From assembly GCF_001194135.2 (NCBI RefSeq), contig NC_068986.1, positions 30,703,131-30,767,130 on the forward strand: DNA of 64,000 nucleotides, given 5' to 3'. This document shows, piece after piece, positions 43,293-55,192 of the stretch. Under the pieces are notes generated by a model. The model saw only the letters and a program-made list of their open reading frames with translations. It ran no database searches and was not told the origin of the DNA. The stretch's first letter is position 1, and every line of letters starts with the position of its first letter. Origin of the DNA: Octopus bimaculoides. Taxonomy: Eukaryota. The translations under genes were made by a program, and so were the position numbers.

Positions 43293-44901
43293 CTGTATAA
43301 CAGACAAATTACTATGTTCTTTCATTCAATTTACAAAGAGAGAAAAGCAGAAAGGGTTAGATAACACATGTTTATACAAATGTTTATACAAAACAGGGAA
43401 TTGTGTTTTTTATATACTTTTCTATACTAGTGTAGTTTAGACAAATTCATAATGCTGAGGTGTATTACAGATAGATAGACTTATTTCCTGTTGCTATTCC
43501 TTGTATTTCCAAGTAAGGAAATTTTCATTCCATTCACCTTCAAAAGAACAGAGTGAATGAACAATTTCTTGACAGGGAAATGACAATAGACAATATTAAC
43601 TGTAGTTCAGCAATTTTTTGTGCAATCACAGAATATAAACACACACACACACACAACAAAATTTACTCACAAGGAATTGGTTCAAGTAGAAAACATTTGC
43701 CCAAGGTGCCATGCAGTAGGACTGAACCCAAAACCACATGGTTGCAAAGTGAAATTCTCAACTGGCCATATCCGGCCCAAATATTCTACCAGATCCAGCT
43801 TTTCACACCTACCCTAATATGTCATTCTAAAAATAAATAGATATCACATCATTGATATCTCAAAACTACAAGATAATGCATGATTAATTCAAAACAATAT
43901 GAATAGATTAGCATTACATTTGACAGAAAAGTCTGAATGCTAAAAGATTAAACAAACAAGCCTGTCTTGACCTATATACATATTAGCATTTATTAGTAAT
44001 AATTTGATAAATATATTTGAGAAAAGCATATTGTTATATTTTGGGATGGTCATTTTTTTTTTTCTTGCCAAATTAACATATGCACTATATATTCATTCTT
44101 CATTCATTTATTATTGTTCTTATTTACTCTCACTTGTTTCAGTTATTTGACTGCAGCCATGCTGGAGCACCACCTTTAGTTGAGTAAATCAACCCCAGGA
44201 CTTATTCTTTGTAAGCCTAGTACTTATTCTATCGGTCTCTTTTGCCGAGCTGCTAAGTTACAGGGACATAAACACATCAGCATCGGTTGTCAAGTGATGT
44301 TGTGGGGACAAACACAGACACACAAACATATACACACACATACATATACATATATATACGACAGTCTTCTTTCAGTTTCCGTCTACCAAATCTACTCACA
44401 AGGCTTTGGTTGGCCCGAGGCTATAGTAGAAGACACTTGCCCAAGGTGTCACGTTGTGGGACTGAACCCAGAACCATGTGGTTGGTAAGCAGGCTACTTA
44501 CTACACAGCCACTCCTGCACCTATTTGATTATTTTTGCCTTTTGGCACACATCCTGTGACCTCTCAGCAACTCTCCATCCTATGTGTCTCCTCCTGTCCT
44601 GTTTAGTCCATAGAGAATGGACTAAACAGAACAGGATGGAGAGTTGCTGAAGGAGTCACAGGTGTGTGGCAAAATATTTCCAGACAATGGACATAAAATA
44701 AGAACAATAATAAATGAGTGAAGAATGAATATATAGTGCATATGTTTATTTGGCAAAAAAAAAAAAAAAAATGACCATCCCAAAATATATCTGTTTCAGC
44801 ACATGATTTCACATCAGGAATCTTGCAAAACAAATCCATTTGAGAAACATTTGGGGGAAAATTAAATATTAATGCTGCTATTTTAATAGCAATTAACTTA
44901 C

Positions 44902-45002
44902 CTAAATCGATTAAATTTTCAAAAACTGTTGTTTCCCTCAACCCTAACAATTTCATAAAATGTGCTTGAGAATAAACAAACATTGATCCACGATTTAAAT
45001 AC
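44902..45002 (-). CDS. METTL9: METTL9 exon 3
   Basis: ttcag/…/gtaagt; YLNRGSMFVYSQAHFMKLLGLRETTVFENLIDLG (RGSMF motif, start of SAM motif I). Confidence 0.93.
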
Positions 45003-46442
45003 CTGAAAAAAACCAACATACATTTGATTAACAGTATACTCACTATTGATTTAATAACAAGTCAGACAAAATATTGCTTAGCATTTCACCTGGCATGCTA
45101 ACGACTCTGTCACCTCACTGCCAGCCTGTACTTGCATGGAACGTGAACGTTGAACTATGATGATGATGAGGAGGAGGATGGGAAAAGGTTTGATAAAGGT
45201 TCTTTACCATTATTAAGCTGGTATTTGGATCAGTACTCAACAAAAAAATCATAAAATTGTGATGATGAGAAATATTAATTTAGATACAAACAATTCAAAA
45301 TGGGTGGGTTTTGTGTCATAGAACCCAAGCCAAGGTAAATTGGTATGAAAAGGTTTAAGATTAAATTCTGTCAAGACTGTCTCAGTGTTATCAACTAATA
45401 GAGGAGATGCATGCTATTTAGGTGACATATCATGAAAAATGCCTCCTAAAATTATGGTATGTAATAAGAATCTTTTGTCAAACATAAGCCTTAGACACAA
45501 AATAACAGGGAAATGGATTGTTTGAATGTACTTAAATCACAATACAAACAAATATAAGACCTTTTTGAAAAGAAAAATATGAAATTGGACTGGTGTCTGC
45601 ATCTTGACTGTTGATTTCATTCCAGCCTTCATCAGGTGTCTGGTGTTGAACTCTATTGTTGTATCAGAATTTCAAACCTAACCCTTTATTTGATCCCCAG
45701 GGATACACTGTTCTCATTCCGCTCTCTGCATTTCATAACATTTTTTGCTTTGGTTGATTTTTTTGTGAACTGCCTGAGTACTTTTTTTGAGATTGAACTC
45801 AGAATCTCTAAGTGACTGCATTAACCAATGTCTTTATCTACTATGTTACAAAATGTGGAATGAGAACAGTACACCCCCATGAATCAAATAAAGAGTACAA
45901 CAGCCGAAACATAGTGAAAGCAACAATCAAGATGAGGACACCAGTCTAATATTAACAGTAAAAGACCCACTTTGGTCATGAATAACCATGGGATTGCACC
46001 TAGAAAGTTCCCCTCCTAGGGGAACTTTCCTAGTTCTGGGCAAGATTGTTTATGGAAGACCAGCAGTTGCCCATGCACACCAGTCTTACCTCTCCACACC
46101 ACCAATGTTTTCCAAGAGAAGAAAGGGCAAAGGCTGATACAGCCTAGCACTAGTGATGTCGCAACTCATTTCTACAGCTGAATGAACTGGAGCAATGTGA
46201 AATAAAGTGTCTTGCTCAAGAACACAACACACAGCCTGGTCCAGGAATCGAACTTTTTATCTCATGATTGTGAGCCTGATGCTCTAACCACTGAGCCATG
46301 CGCCTTCACAATATAAACAGTATACATAATATAATTCCTCAGTTTACAAATATAGCATGAAAATATAACACTGATTTTTTTTTTTTTTTCTCTTTTTTTG
46401 TAAAGGAAAATACAGCTGGATAAATACAAAACTTTTACTTAC

Positions 46443-46633
46443 GCATTAATTGAAGTATTGGTCATAAACCAGCTTAAAATTGATCGAAATAGAGAGTAAA
46501 AAATCTGAGTAAAAATCCAGTCAGCTTTTTCATAACAACCTTCTAAGAATTCTTTGGTTTCCTCATCTTGGTGCAAACAGTAAAATTTCTTGTGCATGTG
46601 TTCAGGAATTCGTTTTAGGTTCACTTTATACCA
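46443..46633 (-). CDS. METTL9: METTL9 exon 2
   Basis: tacag/…/gtaagt; WYKVNLKRIP…QDEETKEFLEGCYEKADWIFTQIFYSLFRSILSWFMTNTSINA, compare human WYVCN…DQGTQIFL…FMSRTSING. Confidence 0.92.
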
Positions 46634-47264
46634 CTGTAAAATTAGTAAATAAATACAATCTTTTAAACATTTCAGAATTTTAAATCAATTAAAGCATGTT
46701 TCCTTCCCTATACAACCAAATAAAATAGTGTGGGATGTATGAGTGCTTGGACCACACAAATATTTTCCCGGTTTTATCTTCAAACTGGCCATATCCAGCC
46801 TCTCACAACTACCCTACAATGTCATTCCATAAATAAACAATCACATCATCAAAATCTTGAAGCTATGAGATAATACATGAATTTGAAACAATATGAATAA
46901 ATAAGTATTACATTTGACAGAGTAATCCAAATGCTACAGAGTTAAGGAAGAAGGTGATCAATATGGCTATCACACAAGGCAACCAAAAATCTATGCTATG
47001 CCACTGTACATAAAGCACATTAGCTCCATTTCTTCCAGACTAAAATTAACTATACACACATGGAAATGTTCAAATTTGGGGAAATTAACCTCAATGCCTG
47101 TACACAAAATTTATTAGGGTTTTTATTTTGTTTCTTTAAATGTTAAGAAAATAAAATCAACAAGAAATATAAGAGAAAAGTATAAATGAATACACAGTAT
47201 AATAGATTTGAGAGTGTTTATGACTGATGTATTTGTTGGTAATATTTGGTACATGAAAGGCAGC

Positions 47265-47930
47265 AAGCTGGCAGAAACATTAGCAAGCGGGATGAAATGC
47301 TTAACGGTACGTTCTGAGTTCAAATTCCACCGAGGTTGACTTTGCCTTTCATCCTTTCGGAGTCAATAAATTAAGTACCAGTTATGTACTGGGGTAAATG
47401 TAATCGACTTAATCCCTTTGTCTGTCCTTGTTTGTCCCCTCTGTGTTTAGCCCCTTGTGGGCAATAAAGAAATAAGAAACATTAGCAAGCTGGACAAAAT
47501 GCTTAGCGGTATTTCGTTTGTCTTCACGTCCTGAGTTCAAATTCCACCGAGGTCGACTTTGCCTTTCATCCTTTCGGGGTCAATAAATTAAGTATCAGTT
47601 GCATACTGGGGTCGATCTAATCAACTGGCCCCTCTCCATATATTTCGGGCCTTGTGCCTAGAGAAGAAAAGAATATTTGGTACATGAATATCTTGTACAC
47701 ACAGCCTAGTGGGCTGAGTAACAACAAAATATTTTAAGACGACGAGCTGGCAGAATTGTTAGCACACCAGGTAAAATATTAGTGGCATTTCTTCCGTCTT
47801 TACATACTGAGTTCACATTTCGCCAAAGTTGTCTTTGCCATTCATCCTTTCAGGGCACTGGGGTCGATATAATTGACTTACCCACCTCCCCTGAATTTAC
47901 ATGGCTTGTACCAAAATTTGAAACTAATAT
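47265..47930 (+). mobile_element. Three tandem copies of SINE family B (gctggcagaaac…gagttcaaattcc…tttgcctttcatcctttcgg); others near 8593, 19270, 49640
   Basis: Direct repeats starting near 47265, 47470 and 47745. Confidence 0.8.
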
Positions 47931-48734
47931 AAGGTACATGAATATAACCATCTTTTTCAGTTTTTAACAACTTAGTCAAATTTGTAAGAAATTTTAGTGA
48001 TGTTCAAAATTTAAGCTATTTGTCTCTTACAAAATTGAAAATAAATTCAGTTCAAATTACAAATATGTTTAACAGTTTTATTTCACTAATTTGTATTATT
48101 TTTACACCCTTTTGTTATGCCAGTATTATTTCAATGGTTTAGACTTTGGACATATGGATATTGTTGAAGTTGCTGTTTTTATAGCTGGCACACCTTGCTA
48201 AATACTGACCAATCAACTGTAAAGATGTGACCTTTAGTCCACATTACTCTGTAAGGAGCATAGGACCAGTTTCACGGTTCCTCTGGCATATATATAAGAC
48301 AGACTCTCCCATCGAAGATGTTGTATGAGCATTCAGCTTTAGTCAAGCGACCTGCACAAATGATTTGTTAATAGTGATCGAGTGTTCATGCCACACATCA
48401 GCTCACTCTCTCCATCAATCAACATTGTCTGAACAGGTGCACTGTGTACCACGTGTCAGGTCTTGAAGTGATCACAGAGCATAGTGAGATGAAGTGTTAT
48501 GCTCAAGAAAACAACACACCACCTGGTCTAGGATCAGCATCCTCATCTAATATCCACTGTCCATGGGTTGGACCAAGGATATACATATATATATATATAT
48601 ATATAATCATTAAAGATATAGGGTAAAAAATTATTAATTTATTAATAAATTAATAATTAATAATTTTACCAAGTAGTTCGGTATGGAAAAAAAACATTAT
48701 CGGTAAGGAATTTTTATTAAAAAAATTTTTTAAT

Positions 48735-48907
48735 TATAAGTATAATTAAGGGATCAGCAACAGTTGCTTCACCACATACCGAAAATTAGAAATAGCAGTT
48801 AAAGTGCTAATTCTACTACTAGAATAAGTAATTAGCACTTTAACTGCTATTTCTAATTTTTGGTATGTGGTGAAGCAACTGTTGCTGATCCCTTAATTAC
48901 ACTTATA
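48735..48907. repeat. 78-bp-arm inverted repeat (2 mismatches, 17-nt loop)
   Basis: 48735-48812 is the reverse complement of 48830-48907. Confidence 0.9.
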
Positions 48908-49229
48908 TATATATATAGACATATATATATATATTCCTCCCTGAACAGGATGCCAGTCCATTGCAGGGTTACTCAATGTGTGAAATGAAGTGTTTTGCTC
49001 AAGAACACAATGTATTACCAAGTCCAGGAATCAAAACCACAGTCTTACAATCATGTAGCCAAAACCCTAAACACTAAGCCAGGCGCTTCTGTTATAAAAA
49101 AACATGCAAACCATCATCTAAACTACAAAGAATCCTCCCTGCACCACACAGCTTTCAAATTCTCTCAAATCTTAAACTATAACCAATCCTTTTGATCCCT
49201 TGACAAAAAGATTTCTACCAGCTTCTCAA

Positions 49230-49625
49230 CCATGGTGCTTTTCTAGAACCCTTATGGATAAAGTATCCACAGTTGCTGTTTGCTTTGCATCCAGTTCTAC
49301 ACAGTACACTCTTGATAATTTTCCTTCAAGTCTATCCCCTTTCACTCCACCAGGCTCACCACCATGCACACATATATGCCAAGTGCGCATCAAGTACCAC
49401 TAATGTCTTCAAACCAACATGGCTACACACCCTAACAATTTTTTTCTTTTTTGGGGGTTTTAACTTTAAACAATACACCTCAGAGACAGACCCTCTTTTC
49501 ACCAAACTTTTCAATCATTCTTTTTCTCAAAGGATGTATCCCAGTTTGGAAACATGCAACAATAGGCTTCATTCCCAAGGAAGACAACCCCTACCAATTA
49601 TCATCCTATCACATTCCCTTTCAAT
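49230..49625 (+). pseudogene. CR1/L2-like LINE reverse transcriptase fragment
   Basis: Frameshifted LFTKLFNHSF…KGCIPVWKHATIGFIPKEDNPYQLSSY, like LFN.S…P..WK.A….IPK…..NYRPI. Confidence 0.6.
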
Positions 49626-49739
49626 ATAACAGAAGTGATAAGGTGGCGAGCTAGCAGAAACTTTACCACAGGGCGAAATGCTAAGCGGTATTTCACCTGT
49701 CTTTACATTCTGAGTTTAAATTCCACTCAATATTCTTTA

Positions 49740-49990
49740 AAAGCTGCTCAAGGTCGGCCACTTTGTTTCAAAAGATGAACTCGAAAGCTCAGTCAGTAAT
49801 TGGGGACACCACACTGATGAAGGAGAAACTGCAATAGAGGGGAAAGCGTCTGAAAACAGGTTTACAGTCTGCTGATGTAAAGCTGGATGGTTTAGGAGCC
49901 ACAGCTCGCATTTGGAACTGTTAACGCTAAAGCTCGTATGACTAAGTTCCTCAATCATCGTCTTCACAGTTGCAAGGACCTCGTCAGGGG
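49740..49990 (-). pseudogene. Non-LTR (CRE/NeSL-like) reverse transcriptase fragment
   Basis: DEVLATVKTMIEELSHTSFSVNSSKCELW resembles the post-YxDD segment with N.SKCEL. Confidence 0.5.
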
Positions 49991-50504
49991 GGGGGGGGTG
50001 CGTCCCAGCCACATGGTTCCAGGTTCAGTCCCACAGAGTGGAACCCGGGGAAAGTGCCTTCTACATAGCTTTGGGCTTACCAAAGCCTTGTGAGTGGATT
50101 TGGTAGACGGAAACTGAAAGAAGCCTGTCGTATGTGTGTATGTCTTTATGTCATTAAGTGCCACCGCCAGTTGACAACTGGTACTGGTGTGTTTACGTCC
50201 CCGTTACCTAGCGGTTCGGCAAAAGAGATCGATAGAATAAGTATCAGGCTTAAAAGAAAACTAAGTACTGAGGTCGATTCATTCAACTAAAAGATTCTCC
50301 AAAGCGGTGCCCCAGCATGGCTGCAGTCTAATGACTGAAACAAGTAAGAGATACTGATGCATAAACATTTAGATCTAGCCAAACCAACTACGTAAAAATC
50401 AACCTATATACACTGGTTAACTTCAATGATTAGTTTATTTACTTCGAACAAATGAATTATGTAGTAGTTTGACAAAAATAACATATATGCGAAATTGTGT
50501 ACTT

Positions 50505-51110
50505 ATATGCTTTAGATTATGTAGATTCTCATTATATCGGAATTTATTGTGAAAATATGTTTCTGAGAGTGGGGTGAAGAGTTTCGAGAAATTTGCACGA
50601 GACGGCTTTCTTTACACATAACTTTCAGAAAAATGGGTAATTTTTCATTAAATTTTCTATAAATACCTTTCAATGTGTGTAGATTACGATTATATCAGAA
50701 TTTAATGTGAAAAAACTAACTTGGTGGTCTCGTATATATATACATACTGACACACATCGCATATATCTAGAAAATGAAACTTGAAATTTCGAAAAAATTG
50801 CGATGCGTGTCAATATGTGCGTGTGTGTGTGTGTGTGTGCTCATTATTTTACTTTTCACATCAAATTCCGATATAATCGTAATTTACACACTCTGAAAAG
50901 TATTTGTAGAAAATTTCCTTAAAAATTACCTATTTTCCTTAAAGTTATGAATAAAGAAAACTGTGTCATGTGAATTTTCCGAAAGTCCTCACCCCCACCT
51001 CGGAAAAATATTTTTTACAAATACTCCGATATAATCAGAATCTACATCATCTGAAGCATATTTGTAGAAAATTTCATTTAAAAATATCCATTTTTCTGAA
51101 AGTTACGAGG
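50505..51110. mobile_element. Foldback-like element with subrepeated inverted arms and central (GT)n
   Basis: tatgctttagattatgtagattctcattatatcgg (50505) inverts to ccgatataatcagaatctacatcatctgaagcata (~51026-51060); each arm has ~160-190-nt subrepeats. Confidence 0.65.
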
Positions 51111-51831
51111 TAACAAAGTCGGTGGGGGTGGATACACATCTGTAGGCAATGCCAGAAAATCTATTTATTCACTAAAGTGTAGGAAATCAATATCCTGACG
51201 TAGTTACTGTTACACGACTTAAAAATACTGAACAAACGTGGGAGCCTCTACGTGGACAATCGTCCGCTAGAAAAAGAAATCAAGTCTCCTTCAAAGCACA
51301 CTGCTCATCTTAAGAGAAGAATACACGAGATACCATGGCAGGGTTACTTCTGATCATAGGTCTGTTTAGGACTACAAACAATATACATAACATTCATTCC
51401 AAGAAACTGAATAAACGCAAAAATTAACGACTACGATTTTAATACAAATTAGACATTACAAACATCATTATGAGACAATAATAGACATCAGTACGAGACA
51501 GGCACCCGAGTGAGGGTGGGTCACCCGATAAACAATTTCTAATTGTTTTGAGAACTGTCAATGGATTTGCTGTTTCTCTAAACTTCTTTCTTCTTTCTTC
51601 AGTTTAAAATTGACGCTTGTGATGTCTAATATCGAATTATAAATAAATGTAATATAATACAACCTAACACACACACACAACGTACGTACAATACACACAA
51701 ACACTCGCACCACATATATGAATTTATGTAGGGGTGTGTATTATGCAATTAGTGATATTAATAGTAGAAATGTTAAAGCAGAAGTACAAGGAATCTACCG
51801 AATAAAAAGGGGACTGATTTGTGTGACGTAC

Positions 51832-51930
51832 ATAGGAATGATTACTGTTACGGTGCATTTCATCATGTTTCATCCGTAGTAAAATTGCTCCAGCAAGTGA
51901 CGAACGGGTGCTATATCTCATTAAAGACAT
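51832..51930 (-). CDS. METTL9: METTL9 exon 1
   Basis: ATG at 51930; MSLMRYSTRSSLAGAILLRMKHDEMHRNSNHSY then donor gtacgt; phase 0 joins the WYKVN exon; the six exons total 924 nt (307 aa + stop). Confidence 0.75.
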
Positions 51931-52102
51931 CTTTGCGGTAAAGCAAATAGTAGAAAAAACTTCAGATTGGAACTTGTTTTGGTAAATGAATCGAAAAAAA
52001 GACCACGTTAATGTTTTTAAAAAACGTGCAAAAATCCGAAAAGTCAAAAGAAAATAAAATAATATTAACTATTGAAGAGTTACCACCCTTGAACCATCGA
52101 AG

Positions 52103-52138
52103 ACTTCCGGTTAACCACGTGAAATTCTCTTCCGGAAG
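52103..52138 (-). promoter_or_regulatory. Candidate METTL9 proximal promoter: ETS site, E-box, palindromic double ETS site
   Basis: ACTTCCGG 52103-52110, CACGTG 52116-52121, CTTCCGGAAG 52129-52138, about 170-200 nt upstream of the ATG. Confidence 0.5.
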
Positions 52139-52434
52139 ATTATGGTTTAAATCGCAGACAGGAAAGTTTGCTGATAATAATCCTTGAACTCAAACATACA
52201 CACATAAATATATTATCATCTTAGCATATTGTTGTTACTTAGATTTTAGAGTTACACTATTCGTGAACATCGATAACAACAATGTGATATTTCAAATTTT
52301 AATGAAATATACAAATTCTACTGCATAGTACCATTTTCTCTTACATGAGACGTTGGGACTCACAGAGGGGATGACGGGACCGAGACTCCTAGCGGTTTGC
52401 TGTGCTTGAAAAGACACTTCAACCGAAGTAAAAG

Positions 52435-52598
52435 CGGTAATTTTTCAGATTAACACCCGCACGATCTTCACTAGGGTTTTAGGGTTACAGTTACGGTTAG
52501 GGACGGAATTCCCTAACCCTAACCTTAAAACTAACCCTGACCCTAAAACCCTAACCTCCTAAGGAAGATCGTGCGGGTGTTAATCTGAAAAATTACCG
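52435..52598. mobile_element. Palindromic MITE with head-to-head telomere-like repeats
   Basis: Perfect 35-bp IR 52435-52469 / 52564-52598; direct repeat taaaag(cg) on both flanks. Confidence 0.75.
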
Positions 52599-54347
52599 TA
52601 AAAGCGTTGTTGTCCTTGTCCCCTGCATTCCTCGCCAGCTGAGCATTCATAATTTTGTGTGCTGGTGTCACGTAAAAAGCACCCATACCAGTGCCACGTA
52701 AAACCCGTGCCAGTGTTGCGTAAAAGGCAACCAGTACAATCTGTAAAGTGGTTAGCATTAGGAAGGGCGCCCAGCCGTAGAAACCATGCCAAAACAAAGA
52801 GCCTGGGCAGCTGTTCCACCGGCCATCTCCTGTCAAGTCATCCAACCCCATGCCAGCATGGAAAGCAGACGTTAAATGATGATGGCGTGTGTGTGTGTAT
52901 AAGCAGTTACTCCTACTGGAGTTAACTGTTCTATGCGAGAGGATGGAAGAGGCTCAAGCGAGAAAAAGAACCGAGTAGCAGAAGTTTGTGGAGGACTGCT
53001 GTAAGAATGAGTGACATTTGCAGGTTGTGTTCTGAGTGATGCCTATGGAACTCTGGGTATTTCAGAAGCTGCTGCTACAGAAAGTAACATGGAGGGGATC
53101 AAATCTAGAACACTGTAGCTCTGTAGCAAACTTCTTGACCACACAATCTTATTGGTTTGTGACTTGATTGATCACCTCTAGATTACCACTTATTTATATA
53201 GTTATCACAAAGGCTGTCTTCTGTCTTCCTCTAGTTTCAAAATATGTTACAGCAAATGAAATAAGTAACACTCAGAGCTAGTTAATTTCTTGCAATATAC
53301 TATGGTTTTAGCAGGATTTAATACTGACAAGTGACTTTAACAAGATAGCTTCATGATAGCTTTTTGTTAGGAAATATAGAGATAATTTTTGTAACATTGT
53401 ATCAAGAGATTGCTTGATGTTTAACTCTTAAATAGCAAGAAAGGGTTGCATGAATGTATCTACCAAATGGGCAGATGATATTTAACTCTCTTAGATTATA
53501 TAAAGACAAAAAGGCAATAAAATCATTTGAACATGAATTTATTTAAGACATTCACATTTTGTTGTCAAAAGAATGGAGAAATGGAGAAAAACTGGTGCAC
53601 TTTTTCATTCAAAGTTAATTGAAGCTTCACTTCCTCCTGTGCTCTTTGGAGCATCAGCATCATCATCTACTTCATCTGATTATAAAGGAAAACCAGAAAA
53701 AAACCTTCATCACTGTATTAATTTTCCGTTTGTGACTTGGCTTCCCCCATTGATAAGGCTCACTTATGTTTAGGTGCATTTGATGAAGGAGACACTTTGG
53801 CATCAATAGATGATGGCTCTATCCATGTAAATTTCTTGCAACATCAATTGATGACATCTGCTATAAAATATATTCAAGTTACAGTTTATGGGAATTCAGA
53901 GTAATACTGTCATTGCAGTATGAAAGGATCTTATGTACAAGAATGACTTAGTTTTACAACTGTATACACTTTCTCAATATCTGGTGACAAGAGTCAGGGT
54001 TTGAAGGGGAACATCCTGACTCCATTGTGAACATAACTGAAACCATCTTGTTAGATGAAATGTAGGCTTTCAACAGTTGTGTGTACAAACATCTCATCAC
54101 TCTCACACTCAACAATGCAACAATTGGCTTATTGGACATTCTTTGGACTTTTATATGTCCAGTTAGGCAATTGGCCATGAGTATATTACAATATTCATTT
54201 GTGTATAAGATGCACTTTTTTTCCTTGTAAAACATGATTATGTGATTTCCACAATACTGGCACTACATCAAATGTATTTATATGTATTACACTGATAAAG
54301 TTCAAAATTCACTTTTGAATTTGCTTTGTTGCATTAGTATGCAATTG

Positions 54348-55000
54348 GGATCTTGTTCAAAACGGGGGCACCAGTATTTTCTTAACGAAACACTTTGAAA
54401 CTTGGGACACTGGTAGAATGTGTCATATAAAACATCTTTTACTCTTAGTCTTCTTAACAAAAAAACGTACATCGCAACTTATTTCATGTTCAAGTTGTCA
54501 TATTTCTGTAATTTCAACCAATCACTGACGTCTATTCAGTTGAATAGAGTTACTGCTGGCCGGTCATAAAAATGTTATTCCCTGTGACATATTTCATCCG
54601 GTTTAATCGTAATTTATACGCATATATTGTTTATATAATAAATTACGCTGTGCATATCTATGTGTGTAACAATTTTAGAGTTCGGATTCTAGAGTTAGGG
54701 TTAGTTTTAGGGTTAGGGTTAGGGTTAACAGTCTAGTTAAGGTTAGGGTTAGAACTAACGGGGATTAATACGATATACACCGTTACAGCGCTAACTGTTT
54801 TCAACTGAATAGACGTCAGTGATTAGTAGAAATTATCGAAATAAGACAATTTTTTACATGAAATAAATTCGAATACAAAAATTTTTTTCTGTTCTATAAC
54901 ACAAAATAGATAAGTATACGAAGTTTGAAAGTCTTTCGGTACCAAAAACACTACATAAAACATAAATGAAAACTGGTGCCCCCCGTTTTGAATAAGATCC
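54348..55000. mobile_element. Non-autonomous TIR element with internal inverted repeats and TTAGGG-like array
   Basis: TIRs 54348-54375 / 54972-55000; inner IR 54520-54544 / 54800-54824; (TTAGGG)-like 54695-54752. Confidence 0.75.
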
Positions 55001-55192
55001 TGCAACTGCACATTATTTGAGAACCACAGATATAAGATTTCACTCTGGTACTCACCTCGGTGCATGCTTACTTATAGCAGGAACAGTTGTAAGCTAATGA
55101 AAGTGTTTATGTAACTCCTGTTCTTTTATCATTCTTTACTGATTGATGTTACAATCTGTACTTAGCTGATGCTTTACTGTAAAGTATAAGTA

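Noticed and set aside
45600-45640. CTGATGA…GAAA on the minus strand
   Set aside because: No helix II or helix I pairing; at most a degenerate relic.
47265-47930. CRISPR-like or regularly spaced direct repeats
   Set aside because: Tandem SINE copies in a eukaryotic intron; no repeat-spacer structure.
52470-52560. Ancient telomere-telomere fusion site
   Set aside because: Only a few degenerate units, bounded by perfect IRs and a TSD; better explained as a MITE.
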